Origin: a virus | Virus record (IMG/VR): IMGVR_UViG_3300014838_000019 | Span: 11,837 to 75,836 of that record | Length of the DNA: 64,000 nucleotides | Strand: one strand, 5' to 3' | In this document: in pieces, positions 38,226-49,212 of the stretch | How positions within the stretch are numbered: position 1 is the first letter of the stretch | Layout: every line of letters begins with the position of its first letter | Translations under genes and position numbers: made by a program | Notes under the pieces: generated by a model | Told to the model about the DNA's origin: nothing | The model's database searches: none | Seen by the model: only the letters and a program-made list of their open reading frames with translations

Positions 38226-38918
38226 TTATTGTTTTGTGTTTAGGCATTTCCACCGTCTATATGATTTGATATGCCCATTGATTAACTGTGAGAGCACTTT
38301 TCGATTAAACTGAAACCGAGTTCGCAAGTTAAACATTGTATCACTGACCACTTGGTTGGTGTCAACATTGAATAGATTATAGACCTTCGTGTCATATGCT
38401 GAGTTTTTACTTCCATTTCGCATATTTTTATACCTCTCGATAGTTTCTTTCGAATGCTTTTTTCCATAGTTCGGGGCTAATTTTCCCACACGATTCTTTC
38501 TAAAAAACTTCATTTTGGCAATAGAGTTGTCTGAATGTCGCATTCCATAAAACCCATTCCGCTCACCACGATTTTTGAATGATATTTTTTGACGGGACAA
38601 TTCGGTTAGTTCGCCGCCCGAGGCATCAAAGCATAGGTTATAACATTTGCATTTTTCCGATTTTGCTACATCGAGATATTTCTGTTCTTCGGTTAGGAGA
38701 TAATTTCTATTGACATCATGATGAAACTCTACAATTATTATGAAGTCAAAATTTTTCTCTCCATATTTATTCCACGCAGATTGAAGGTGGACGTTTTTAT
38801 GTGATTGTTTACGCAAATCTATTCTATGATTCATCCATCGAATTGATATTCGGTTGGAACTCCCAACATAATATTTGCCATTAACTCGGTTGATAATTTT
38901 ATAAATCCCACAGTTCAT
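38226..38918 (-). CDS. GIY-YIG homing endonuclease with NUMOD3
   Basis: MNCGIYKIINRVNGKYYVGSS, LQSAWNKYG, FYGMRHS/NYGKKHS. Confidence 0.9.
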   Translation of the reverse strand: MNCGIYKIINRVNGKYYVGSSNRISIRWMNHRIDLRKQSHKNVHLQSAWNKYGEKNFDFIIIVEFHHDVNRNYLLTEEQKYLDVAKSEKCKCYNLCFDASGGELTELSRQKISFKNRGERNGFYGMRHSDNSIAKMKFFRKNRVGKLAPNYGKKHSKETIERYKNMRNGSKNSAYDTKVYNLFNVDTNQVVSDTMFNLRTRFQFNRKVLSQLINGHIKSYRRWKCLNTKQ

Positions 38919-38924
38919 ATCAAT

Positions 38925-39012
38925 ATTATACATATTTCCACTCGAATGTCAACCCAAACATTTCCATCATCGAATATAAAAAGTTGATAGTGAGGGCGGT
39001 ATCAGTTACAAT
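38925..39012. promoter_or_regulatory. divergent sigma70 promoters, each 6 nt from its ATG
   Basis: Minus strand TTGACA-16-TATAAT-6nt-ATG; plus strand TTGATA-17-TACAAT-6nt-ATG. Confidence 0.7.
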
Positions 39013-39018
39013 CTTGGA

Positions 39019-39972
39019 ATGCTTTTACAATCAGAACTCGTAGCTCTATTTGACCAATTGCTCGGTCAAAAGGCTCGACTCCGAAAAAATGGAGTTCAGG
39101 CAACATACCATTGCCCGTTCTGCGTTGATAAAAATCTTGCTACAAACAAGTTGGAAATAGCCGTCGGGGGTCCGAGAATCGGAAACTATCACTGTTGGCG
39201 TTGTGATTTTCGAGGAAGATCATTTGGCAGTCTCCTTTATAAACTCAAAGCCCCACAAAACTATCGGGACGCCATCGTTAAACTTACGGGCGATATTCGG
39301 ATGGTTAATTCCCATCAAGATATAGAATCAACGTATGTGTGTCTTCCACCCGAGTTTCATCCAATGCATAAGCCTAAAAAGACTCCGGAATATAAGAATG
39401 CAATGGTGTATTTGAAACGCCGTGGTATTACACGAGAAGACATTCTTCGTTACAACATTGGATATTGCGAATCGGGGGAATATGAAAATCATGTCATCAT
39501 TCCATCGTATGATGCCAAGGGTGATTTGAACTTTTTCATTGGGCGACGTTATTACGCAGCCGACCCCGGACTCCCCCATAAGAAACCGGAAACACCAATG
39601 AATGAGATTATCGGGTTTGAATCATTTATCAACTGGAATGAACCTCCGATTTTAGTTGAAGGTGCATTTAACGCAATCACAATTCGGCGAAATGCCATTC
39701 CACTGTTCGGAAAGTTTCCATCCAAAAAACTATATGAAACTATGCTTGAAAATCACGTTGAAAAAGTGTATATCTGCTTGGATTCAGATGCCGAACCAGA
39801 TGCAATATCCATATGTAAGCGATTGCTTCGACTCGGGATAGTGCCATATATTGTAAAACTAATTGGCGGAAAAGATGCTAATGAAATTGGATTTCATAAT
39901 TCGTGGCAATGCATTCGGTCAGCAGTCGAAATAGACAGCACCGAATTATTGAAATATAAATTGAAAATATGA
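39019..39972 (+). CDS. DNA primase (zinc finger plus TOPRIM)
   Basis: CPFC..HCWRC, YL..RGI, IIP, VEG.F, CLDSD, KDANE. Confidence 0.9.
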   Translation: MLLQSELVALFDQLLGQKARLRKNGVQATYHCPFCVDKNLATNKLEIAVGGPRIGNYHCWRCDFRGRSFGSLLYKLKAPQNYRDAIVKLTGDIRMVNSHQDIESTYVCLPPEFHPMHKPKKTPEYKNAMVYLKRRGITREDILRYNIGYCESGEYENHVIIPSYDAKGDLNFFIGRRYYAADPGLPHKKPETPMNEIIGFESFINWNEPPILVEGAFNAITIRRNAIPLFGKFPSKKLYETMLENHVEKVYICLDSDAEPDAISICKRLLRLGIVPYIVKLIGGKDANEIGFHNSWQCIRSAVEIDSTELLKYKLKI

Positions 39973-42900
39973 ATGTATTAAAAACAAATCTTAACAAAGT
40001 AACTCATATAATTCACATCGCTGATATTCATGTGAGATTAAATAAAAGAATGGATGAATATAAAGAAGTATTTAAGAAGTTATACTCAGAGGTTAAATCT
40101 TCACCCGAATCATCCGTCGTGGTGATGGTGGGAGATACATGCCACAGCAAAAACGAATTGAGTCCAGAGTGCGTTCAGTTAATATCCGAATTATTTACGA
40201 ATATCGCCAACATCAGACCTCTTATTCTCGTGGCAGGAAATCACGATGCTATATTATCTAATAAAACTCGTTTGGATAGCCTCACACCTATTGTGGATGC
40301 ATTAAACCACCCCAATCTACATTACCTCAAGACAACGGGATTATATGGATTCGGAAACATCCTATTTAACAACATGTGTATATTTGATGAACCCGATAAA
40401 TACATCCTCGGCAAAGATATTCCCGCAATATATCGTAATCAATATGACCATATTATCGCATTGTTTCATGGTGCCGTTGATAGAGCATCATTAGATACTG
40501 GATATGCCATTAGCAATCCGTCAATAATGCTTCCATTGTTTGATAATCATCACGCAGCATTGCTTGGCGACATACATAAAATGCAGGATATGCAGGACTA
40601 TGACGGCAATAGAAACAAACCATGCGTTAGATATTGCGGCTCACTTTGCCAACAGAACCATGGGGAATCTCTTATGGGGCATGGTTATTCATTATGGGAT
40701 TTATCCGATTATTCTTATCAACACCACGAACTTCCAAATGAATATGGTTATTTCACCGTGGAAATCCACAATGGTAAATTGACTACTGATATTTCAAATT
40801 TACCCAAGTTTGTTAGACTTCGGGTCAAGTTTTACAATAGCATAGCATCAGAAGTAAAGCAGGTTGTCGCCGACATTAAAATGAAAGTGCAAGTCATAGA
40901 GACTGCATATTTTCGAATGGATCAAGACCAAGATAAGTCAAATGGCATTCCTCTTTGCAAAGATATTGTGCTATCTGATTTGACGAGTGTCGATTATCAA
41001 TCCAAACTGCTAACCGAATTTTTATCCAAAAAATTGGAAATCAATTCCCCGCAGAAAATCGAGGATATTTTAAAGATTAATAAGGATACAAACTCTATTA
41101 TTAAAAAGGATGACTTTACTCGCAACTTAAAGTGGAAACCTATCCGTTTCGAGTGGGACAATATGTTCACGTATGGTGAGGGAAACGTTATTGACTTCAC
41201 TCAAATGAATGGTGTCTATGGTATTTTTGGACCCAACGCATCGGGAAAATCGGCAATTCTATCATCCATGATATTCTGTCTGTTCGATAAGTTTGATCGT
41301 GGATATAAGGGATTGCACGTTTTGAATGTTCAAAAGCAATCGTTCCATTGTAAGTTTGAATTTGAAATATCCGGTGTGCGTTACTTCATTGAACGAGAAG
41401 GAAACACTACCCGCACGGGAAATGTCAAGGTCGATGTATTTTTTTGGAAGATGGTGAATGGAGTCAAGGAAGAACTCCACGGCAATGCCCGACGTAATAC
41501 CAATGACATCATTCGTGACTATATAGGAACGTATGAAGATTTCATTATTACTGCCGCATCTTTTCAGACTGCCAAAAACCTTACATCATTTATTGACATG
41601 GGTAATAGTGAACGCAAAGATTTACTCGTTCAGTATATTGGACTCAACGTATTTGACCGATTGCATGAGTCGGCTGGCGAACGAAGTAAGGAACTGACCA
41701 CCATTCTAAAAACACATAAGGATAAGAACTATCAGCTTGAAATTCAACAGAATGAGAGTGCGTTATCACACGCCAATGAATTGTTCACTGCCGCAGCCGG
41801 AGAAGCTGAGAGTTTAAAAAATCAAATCGCAGCCGTAAATGAACAAATTGTGCTTGAAACGGCAAATATAATCAAACTTGATACGAGCGTACCAACGGAT
41901 TTATCCGCATTGGAATCCCGTAAAAAAACATCCGAAGAAACATTAACGGCAAAACGAAAGGTAATTTCTGATGCCCGTGAAGTGTTAGGAGTTCAAGAAA
42001 AAATTCTTGCTGAAATCAATAAGAAAATTGAGGATATTGAGAAGTCGAAATTTGTCGAAGCTCATAAGACTTATAAGAATCTAACAGATTCAGTTACTTC
42101 CCTCAAGCAAAAAATTGACTTGAAGAAAGTTGAAATCAAGGGGAAACTTGAGAAAGTAGCTCGTTTAGATAAACACGAGTATGATCCTAACTGCAAGTTT
42201 TGTATAAATAACTCTTTCGTTAAGGATGCAACCAAAGCCAAGAAGGAACTTGTTGATGATAAGGTAGAAGCAAATGGAATGATGGAAACATTGGCGACTC
42301 TACGAAAGGATTTGGATGATGTTAAGTGGGTGGAACACACCTATGAGACCTACACTAAGTTGCTGACCGACCGTGGAACTTCCAAAGATACATGTGCTAC
42401 GGCAAGCAGAAACATCATTATTGCAACAAATGAACTGGAACGGTTGGATACTTCTGCAAAGGCGGTTGTTCAACAAATAGAAATCTATCACCGCAATGAA
42501 GTTGCCGTAGAACAGAATTCTAAGGTTCAAGCGAAGATTAATGCGTTTCGAGTGACTTTAACAAAACTCGATTCCATATTCCAAAAACAATATCAATCAC
42601 TGGTGGATATTTCTGGAAAGCGTGAAATGTTCAAGACAACTATTGCGAATGTGACTAAGACTCTTGCTGACGTGACGGCAATGGAAACGGAACTTGAAAA
42701 CTATCAACTCTATTTGCAGTCAGTAGGACGAGATGGATTGCCATTTCAAGTCATATGCAATACAGTCCCCGAGATTGAGAAAGAGGTAAATTCCATTCTA
42801 AGTCAAGTGGTTGATTATACCCTTCAGTTTGAAACGGATGGAAAGAACATCGTTCCTTACGTTGTCTATGAATTTGGACGTTGGCCTATCGAATTGACAT

Positions 42901-43172
42901 CCGGATATGAACGATTTGTTGCAAGCGTAGCTATCCGTGTTGCTCTGACCAACATCTCCAACTTGCCCAAGACGACGTTTCTTGCCCTCGATGAAGGCTT
43001 TGGAACATTGGACCCCGATAATCTCGCATCTATGTTCACACTCTTCTCTGTTCTCAAGAACAACTTTGACTTTGTGTTTGTAATCTCACACCTGGATGCA
43101 CTCAAGGATGCGGTAGACAAACGAATCGAGATCAAACGGGAGGGTAATTTCTCCCTCGTGAAATACGAATAA
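39969..43172 (+). CDS. fused Mre11/SbcD nuclease - Rad50/SbcC ATPase (gp47-gp46)
   Basis: DIH, GD, GNHD, GDIH phosphoesterase motifs; GPNASGKS Walker A, CKFC zinc hook, TSGYE signature, LDEGFG.LD, ISH. Confidence 0.92.
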   Translation: MNVLKTNLNKVTHIIHIADIHVRLNKRMDEYKEVFKKLYSEVKSSPESSVVVMVGDTCHSKNELSPECVQLISELFTNIANIRPLILVAGNHDAILSNKTRLDSLTPIVDALNHPNLHYLKTTGLYGFGNILFNNMCIFDEPDKYILGKDIPAIYRNQYDHIIALFHGAVDRASLDTGYAISNPSIMLPLFDNHHAALLGDIHKMQDMQDYDGNRNKPCVRYCGSLCQQNHGESLMGHGYSLWDLSDYSYQHHELPNEYGYFTVEIHNGKLTTDISNLPKFVRLRVKFYNSIASEVKQVVADIKMKVQVIETAYFRMDQDQDKSNGIPLCKDIVLSDLTSVDYQSKLLTEFLSKKLEINSPQKIEDILKINKDTNSIIKKDDFTRNLKWKPIRFEWDNMFTYGEGNVIDFTQMNGVYGIFGPNASGKSAILSSMIFCLFDKFDRGYKGLHVLNVQKQSFHCKFEFEISGVRYFIEREGNTTRTGNVKVDVFFWKMVNGVKEELHGNARRNTNDIIRDYIGTYEDFIITAASFQTAKNLTSFIDMGNSERKDLLVQYIGLNVFDRLHESAGERSKELTTILKTHKDKNYQLEIQQNESALSHANELFTAAAGEAESLKNQIAAVNEQIVLETANIIKLDTSVPTDLSALESRKKTSEETLTAKRKVISDAREVLGVQEKILAEINKKIEDIEKSKFVEAHKTYKNLTDSVTSLKQKIDLKKVEIKGKLEKVARLDKHEYDPNCKFCINNSFVKDATKAKKELVDDKVEANGMMETLATLRKDLDDVKWVEHTYETYTKLLTDRGTSKDTCATASRNIIIATNELERLDTSAKAVVQQIEIYHRNEVAVEQNSKVQAKINAFRVTLTKLDSIFQKQYQSLVDISGKREMFKTTIANVTKTLADVTAMETELENYQLYLQSVGRDGLPFQVICNTVPEIEKEVNSILSQVVDYTLQFETDGKNIVPYVVYEFGRWPIELTSGYERFVASVAIRVALTNISNLPKTTFLALDEGFGTLDPDNLASMFTLFSVLKNNFDFVFVISHLDALKDAVDKRIEIKREGNFSLVKYE

Positions 43173-43210
43173 GGTTATATGTATAGGTGGGGCTTTTCCC
43201 CATCATACAT

Positions 43211-45796
43211 ATGGCCACTCAATTATTGTCTTCGTTCGGAACACGAGGCGACAGCAGCTATACAACGACTGGAGTCCATCAAGGTCTCGCAGATTTAAGT
43301 ATAGATATTACTGATACCGCCCATCTATCCACATATTTTCAAGTGGTTGAGTTCAATCCTGTGTTTACGGCAGGAAAGAACTCCATTTCGTTCAATGGTT
43401 CTAGTCTACTGGCGGTTGGCTCTGAGATAAAAATCGAAGTCTTAGATGCCGGTGGGAACTCCTTATATTTAAAATCCCCACCAGCGACAGCCAATTACAT
43501 TGATGTTGCTATCTTTACGGTTTCCATTTATGTGTATGAGGATACTGTAGCTGGATCGGGAAAAGTCATTTTAGTGGGAACTACTATTAACGGTGAAAGT
43601 GTTCGATGGACGGGAAATATAAGTATAAACACCACGTATAAAAATGTTTCACGTACTCGATTTTATTATGCCCCCACTATAGAATCTCTTCCGCTCTTAC
43701 TTCCCACGGTTGATTTAACAACTGGAGCTACCCTTGGTGTAGATGCAATCTTAACCGGATCATGCACGGGTCAGTCATTGATTGGGGCAACAATAGCCAA
43801 TGGACCAAACTCTAACTATAGAGTGGACTTGACGGCGTTCTCATCAAGTATTGGATTTATTACTGGATTTGGTTCGCAACTTATTGGGCAAAACATTTCG
43901 CTATACGTTTACAAGGCAAAAAATCTATTCAATAATGGTATGGATGTTGTAAACTCAACTCAGTCGTTTACCATAAAAAACGTCATTAGTCCCACAGAAC
44001 TTCAACTTGACGGTGATGTAGTTGATACCTCTACCACTCAACTATCTCAGTATCTATCTCCTTATTTCATAGGAAGCTTTTATATAAGCTATAGCCAAAC
44101 GGGTTATTTGAATCAAGCAACGGCGGTTCCCTGTGTTGGAACTTATAATGCACTATCACATTCTATGACGCTTATTGCAAACAACTCATTTTTTACAGCA
44201 TCAATGATTGGAAATGCCATTCAAGTAAACTATGATACATTGTATCTTGGAAATGGAAGTCCTACCTTGACGTTAAATCCATCAATATCTTCGTCTACAA
44301 ACAGAATACCTATAACATCATCGGTTTATACAGTCTTAACAGTTAAGGATTCTTATACAGCAAGTATAACACCTGTAACGTATAATCTTTATTCTGGAAA
44401 CCCACATGTTGTGGCTCCAACTATATACACCGCATCCAAAATTTTAGGCAGTGTGACATCTCTAAGTTCATCCACTGCATATCAGTATTATACAACTGTA
44501 TATTCATCATCCGTGCTTCTCCAAAAATCCTACATGGATGTTGTATTTCGAAATTTAGATACTTTTACGGGATGTGTTGCCAGCCAAAAATTGTATGCCA
44601 TGAGCAACATTTATCCCGGTGATTTTGAACTTGTAAGTAATACTCAAATTGGTCCCACGGAATTATTGTATGATCCTATTACGGTAAACAAAAACTATGC
44701 GGATATTGGAATATTTTACAATCAAGACCAAGTGAATAAATACTGGTATGCTTCTTCCGCATCGCTTTCACTTATTCAAAGTGATACTCCAGTGTTAAGT
44801 TCAATGACCATACAATCGTCTCCGAATTTTACGGGGGCGGATGGAAATAGTTATGTCGTCGTCAAAACATCTGCTATAAATGTTAATAATGATAGCAATT
44901 ATTATCCATATGACCAAGTAAGTTTTGATGATTTTAATGGAACAGGTTACACATCCAATTTCATATTTCTTCTTAAAAATGTTTTATATGCTCTGACGAC
45001 AGACGTAACTATCAATAAGAATCCCAATGTTTCAGCCAAAGTATCGTTTTACATGACAAGTTCGTCTCCTGAAATTTCGGGTGAACCAAATTTCGATCCA
45101 ATATATGGTCTGAAAATAGGAGAGGTAAGTGTAACCGATTTAGTATCAAAGAAGGTATTCTCGCCATCACCAGAGTTATTTTTTACACCACTCAACGATT
45201 ATTATGGCACGTTGGTTATTGTGCCCTATCAATGTAATGTGACGCTTGCAAATATGTCTATGGTAAACTATGGGGATTATGGATTTTCTCCCGGTGGTGC
45301 TACGATTCAAATTCCGTTTCCATTACATGTTGCAAATGAAACATACACGATAAAAGCGGAACTCTACGATAACAATTCAAATTTGGTATATACAACTGCT
45401 CCAATCATACAAACATTTGATCCGTTGGGATTGAGTCTATATGGAAGCAGTATTATCGCCACGGCTGGGTCTGGAAGCACAATTCCAACTGTGGTTCCAA
45501 CATTTACGGTTACAAACAATTTATTTCTCCAAGGACTTACGCAACTAACCCCGCCGATGAAGTTTTTGGCATACGAACCATTCAATGGTATGGTAGGATT
45601 TACACCGGTATCAAATATAAGCTTAATTCCAACAAATGTTAATGATGCGGGATCAGTTGATTATATTAACATAGAACTTAATGGAGGAGCCAATATTGGA
45701 AGGTCTTTAGCCGTTAGATATAGCGGAAGCTCTCCAAATGTATTCGGTCGCCGAGTCTATGTGGATCAGAGTGGTAACAAAACAACTTATATGTAA
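43211..45796 (+). CDS. Ser/Thr-rich virion structural protein
   Basis: FTAGKNS....L..GSEIKIEVLD..GN N-terminal motif; composition like the tail proteins. Confidence 0.6.
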   Translation: MATQLLSSFGTRGDSSYTTTGVHQGLADLSIDITDTAHLSTYFQVVEFNPVFTAGKNSISFNGSSLLAVGSEIKIEVLDAGGNSLYLKSPPATANYIDVAIFTVSIYVYEDTVAGSGKVILVGTTINGESVRWTGNISINTTYKNVSRTRFYYAPTIESLPLLLPTVDLTTGATLGVDAILTGSCTGQSLIGATIANGPNSNYRVDLTAFSSSIGFITGFGSQLIGQNISLYVYKAKNLFNNGMDVVNSTQSFTIKNVISPTELQLDGDVVDTSTTQLSQYLSPYFIGSFYISYSQTGYLNQATAVPCVGTYNALSHSMTLIANNSFFTASMIGNAIQVNYDTLYLGNGSPTLTLNPSISSSTNRIPITSSVYTVLTVKDSYTASITPVTYNLYSGNPHVVAPTIYTASKILGSVTSLSSSTAYQYYTTVYSSSVLLQKSYMDVVFRNLDTFTGCVASQKLYAMSNIYPGDFELVSNTQIGPTELLYDPITVNKNYADIGIFYNQDQVNKYWYASSASLSLIQSDTPVLSSMTIQSSPNFTGADGNSYVVVKTSAINVNNDSNYYPYDQVSFDDFNGTGYTSNFIFLLKNVLYALTTDVTINKNPNVSAKVSFYMTSSSPEISGEPNFDPIYGLKIGEVSVTDLVSKKVFSPSPELFFTPLNDYYGTLVIVPYQCNVTLANMSMVNYGDYGFSPGGATIQIPFPLHVANETYTIKAELYDNNSNLVYTTAPIIQTFDPLGLSLYGSSIIATAGSGSTIPTVVPTFTVTNNLFLQGLTQLTPPMKFLAYEPFNGMVGFTPVSNISLIPTNVNDAGSVDYINIELNGGANIGRSLAVRYSGSSPNVFGRRVYVDQSGNKTTYM

Positions 45797-45860
45797 AAAT
45801 ATTATGGGATTTTCTGTGTTTTTTCTGTGTTTTTTCTGTGTTATGATATAGTTATAGAAC

Positions 45861-46019
45861 ATGGACAACAAGTTATATCAGATCAAATACCGTCGCCACA
45901 AGGAGAAAAATGGGTGGCGATATTTTTCTACTATTGTCCCTCCTGATTGTTATTTGGAATTGAAGAAGTTTTATCTCCGGTGGAAAAGTGAGAATATAGA
46001 AAAGTGGAACAATAAATGA
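45861..46019 (+). CDS. small basic protein (52 aa)
   Basis: MDNKLYQIKYRRHKEKNGWRYF...; stop overlaps the next ATG (ATGA). Confidence 0.5.
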   Translation: MDNKLYQIKYRRHKEKNGWRYFSTIVPPDCYLELKKFYLRWKSENIEKWNNK

Positions 46020-46840
46020 AAACTGGAGTTTATAGAATACGAAATATAATAAATAACCATTGTTATATTGGAAGTTGTGCCCACAAAACGGGAATTAAAC
46101 ATAGATGGAGAACTCACGTTCATGGTCTAAAACATGGCAGACATCATTTTATCATATTACAACGAGCATGGAATAAATATGGAGAAACCAATTTTCAATT
46201 CGAAATATTAGAGACGTGTATTCCGTCCGAGTGTATTAATCGAGAACAATTTTATTTGGATACACTGACTCCGAAATATAATGTATTAAAAATTGCAGGG
46301 AGTTCATTGGGAAGAAAAATGTCGCCGGAACAATATGAAAAAAATAAAAATAGGTCATACGATTGGATGAAAGGCGATAAAAATTGGAATAAATCTCCAG
46401 AAAAACGAGAATTTTATAGACGGAGAATTAAAACGCAAAATTTACGACAATATCTTACGGCAGATTCGTTTCTAAAAATATCAAAGTTTCATAAGGGCCG
46501 TCCAAAATCGGAAATTCAAAAACAACGAATGTCAGAAGCAGCTATAGGAAAACCCAAAAGTAAGGAACATGTGGAAAAAATGAAAGCATGGGCAAAGGAA
46601 AATAATTCTGGAGAAAAGTCATATTTTCATACTCATAAATTTATCTTCCAAGGAAAAGACAATCCCGGATTTTCCGGGTATTACAAATTTAGGAATAGAA
46701 TTACAAATGAAGAAATTGTATGTGCCCAATTTGAGTTTGCTAATAAATTTAATTTTGATAGCGGACGAATATCTGCAATATGTTTAGGTAAACGGAAGTC
46801 TCATAAACAATGGATTTGTCTCGGAAAGGAAACTATTTAA
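46016..46840 (+). CDS. GIY-YIG homing endonuclease
   Basis: GVYRIRN..N..CYIGS, LQRAWNKYG, EQFYLD...YN...AGSSLG. Confidence 0.9.
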   Translation: MKTGVYRIRNIINNHCYIGSCAHKTGIKHRWRTHVHGLKHGRHHFIILQRAWNKYGETNFQFEILETCIPSECINREQFYLDTLTPKYNVLKIAGSSLGRKMSPEQYEKNKNRSYDWMKGDKNWNKSPEKREFYRRRIKTQNLRQYLTADSFLKISKFHKGRPKSEIQKQRMSEAAIGKPKSKEHVEKMKAWAKENNSGEKSYFHTHKFIFQGKDNPGFSGYYKFRNRITNEEIVCAQFEFANKFNFDSGRISAICLGKRKSHKQWICLGKETI

Positions 46841-46842
46841 TT

Positions 46843-47532
46843 ATGAAAAAATGCAAGGGAATGTCAAATTTAGAGATAGTTTCCCATTATCTCAATGGAA
46901 CTCGCCCGTTTACTCAATTATCAATGAATATTTCCGAAAAAGAAAAGCATCGAGAAAATGGAGAAAAATGGACTGTGGATGGAAAGGAATATAAAAGGGA
47001 AAATGGGAAAACAATTTGTATTACAAAAACACAAGGAGATATTATTCGGGAGGCTATTGGAAACGGATTAAATTGTAAACAATGTGGAGCGCAATATAAG
47101 TGGGTAGGAAAAAAAGACCAAAAATTTCTACGACGATGTGGATTATGCATGGATTGTTTGATTGATTATGAAACAAAACTTAGAATTTTGGGAATTTATC
47201 CAAATTATGAAATATATAAATTAGCATCGTATGAATTGGATTCGTTAAAAACCCGACGGTCTCAATTTGAAGAGGTCATTGAATATTTTACGAAAACTAA
47301 TGGAGATATAATAAAAGTCGCAGAATCCGAATATGACCCCAATATAGTATGGAAAAATACTAATAAGACTAAAATCCTCGCCGACTCCAAGAAAGATTTG
47401 GGCGAAGTCAATAAAAGAATTGATGCTCTCGAACAAATCCGAGATGAATGTAAGGCAAAGTATATCGAATTAGCAACCAAATACGGACTTGAAATTTTAT
47501 GCCATACGGACAAATCTCTTATCAAGAGTTAA
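46843..47532 (+). CDS. hypothetical zinc-binding protein adjacent to terminase
   Basis: CKQC...CGLCMDC. Confidence 0.65.
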   Translation: MKKCKGMSNLEIVSHYLNGTRPFTQLSMNISEKEKHRENGEKWTVDGKEYKRENGKTICITKTQGDIIREAIGNGLNCKQCGAQYKWVGKKDQKFLRRCGLCMDCLIDYETKLRILGIYPNYEIYKLASYELDSLKTRRSQFEEVIEYFTKTNGDIIKVAESEYDPNIVWKNTNKTKILADSKKDLGEVNKRIDALEQIRDECKAKYIELATKYGLEILCHTDKSLIKS

Positions 47533-49145
47533 TAAAAAACGAGTATAAGAAGTGCATGGAATCTCCCGTGTACTTCATGAAACATTATGTCAAGATTAAG
47601 CATCCTATGCGGGGTACTATTCTTTTCGATTTATTTAGTTTTCAAGAGGAAACTCTGGATTCGTTTCATAAATACAAATTTAACATCATCCTAAAATCCC
47701 GTCAGATGGGTATCTCAACCCTTGTTGCTGCGTATTCCCTTTGGCTGATGACATTTTTGAAGGATAAGAATGTCCTTCTGATTTCATTGCGCCAAGACGA
47801 TGCCAAAGATGTTGTAGCTAAAGTCAAAGATGCCTATGAAGCATTGCCTAAATGGTTGAAAGTCAAGTGTCTTGAAGATAACCGTCTATCCATGAAATTC
47901 AGCAATGGATCGGCGATCAAGGCTGCATCTACGACTAAAAAATCAGGTGTTGGTCAAGCACTCTCCCTTCTAATTATCGACGAAGCTGCACTTATTGATG
48001 AAGCCGAAGAGTTGTGGACTTCTGCACAACCTACTCTGTCAACTGGTGGTAACGCCATCATCCTTTCTACCCCTCGTGGTGTTGGTAATTGGTTCCACAA
48101 AATGTGGCAAGGTGCTGAAGCTGACAATATGGATAACACTACGGGTAAGAATGGATTTCATCCTATTACTCTCCCGTGGCAGTTACATCCTGAACGTGAT
48201 GACGAATGGCGTAGGGTTGAAGGAGAAAAGCAAGGAAATCCCAAGAAGGCTTCACAGGAGTATGACTGTAACTTTCTTGCATCAGGTGATAACGTTGTTG
48301 ATCTTAACATCATTGAATTTTACAAAAAGAACAAAGCCCTCGACCCCATCGAATGTCGTGGTATGGACAGGAACTTGTGGATATGGGAATATCCCGACCG
48401 AAATCATGTCTATGTAATTGCGGCTGACGTAGCCCGGGGCGACGGAGCCGACTATTCTGCTTGCCATGTGTTAGATATAAGCCGAGAGAAACCAGTTCAA
48501 GTTGCCGAGTATAAAGGAAAGATAGAAACCAAGGATTTTGGTGACTTTCTGGTGGCGTTGGCTACAGAATACAATGGCTGCTTGCTTGTAGTTGAACGTG
48601 AAAACGTTGGGTGGGGTACTATTCAAGAAATTCTTGACCGTGGATATTCGAATACTTTTTATAGTTCTGCTGACCTTAAATATGTAGAAGTTCAACGTCA
48701 GTTGAATAATAAGTGGGCGTCTGAAGATAAGAAATTGGTCCCGGGATTCAGCACGAATATGAAAACCCGCCCATTGATTATCGACAACATGGAGCATTAC
48801 ATGCGTCAGATGGCAATTGAGATTAGATCAAAGCGCACTTTGGCAGAATTGGAAACGTTTATTTGGAAGAACGGAAAACCTATAGCAATGGAAGGGTATA
48901 ATGACGACTTAGTTATGTCTTTGTGTATTGCGCTGTGGGTTCGAGATACGGCTCTTCGTCTTCGTCAAGAAGGCGTCGAGTTGACCAAACTCGCTGTAGG
49001 AGGAATTACATCGACTCAAAAGGATAATACGCCTGTTTATAAAGCGAAACAGCAGCAAGCGGGATTCAATTCATGGAAGATGAACACTGGACGCCAAGGA
49101 TTTGGTAAAGAAAATCAAACGGATATACGGTGGCTTTTAGGTTAA
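47499..49145 (+). CDS. terminase large subunit (gp17-like)
   Basis: KSRQMGIST, IIDEAA, STPRG, QEY.C.F, ADVARGDG.DYS, NDDLVMS. Confidence 0.96.
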   Translation: MPYGQISYQELIKNEYKKCMESPVYFMKHYVKIKHPMRGTILFDLFSFQEETLDSFHKYKFNIILKSRQMGISTLVAAYSLWLMTFLKDKNVLLISLRQDDAKDVVAKVKDAYEALPKWLKVKCLEDNRLSMKFSNGSAIKAASTTKKSGVGQALSLLIIDEAALIDEAEELWTSAQPTLSTGGNAIILSTPRGVGNWFHKMWQGAEADNMDNTTGKNGFHPITLPWQLHPERDDEWRRVEGEKQGNPKKASQEYDCNFLASGDNVVDLNIIEFYKKNKALDPIECRGMDRNLWIWEYPDRNHVYVIAADVARGDGADYSACHVLDISREKPVQVAEYKGKIETKDFGDFLVALATEYNGCLLVVERENVGWGTIQEILDRGYSNTFYSSADLKYVEVQRQLNNKWASEDKKLVPGFSTNMKTRPLIIDNMEHYMRQMAIEIRSKRTLAELETFIWKNGKPIAMEGYNDDLVMSLCIALWVRDTALRLRQEGVELTKLAVGGITSTQKDNTPVYKAKQQQAGFNSWKMNTGRQGFGKENQTDIRWLLG

Positions 49146-49212
49146 ATGCGGAATATTTATAGTAAAGGCCACTAGGTCTTCCACATATACACACTAAATC
49201 AAAAGACATATT

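Noticed and set aside
45810-45842. TTTTCTGTGT repeated three times
   Set aside because: Short low-complexity repeat upstream of a small ORF; could be an operator but there is no supporting evidence
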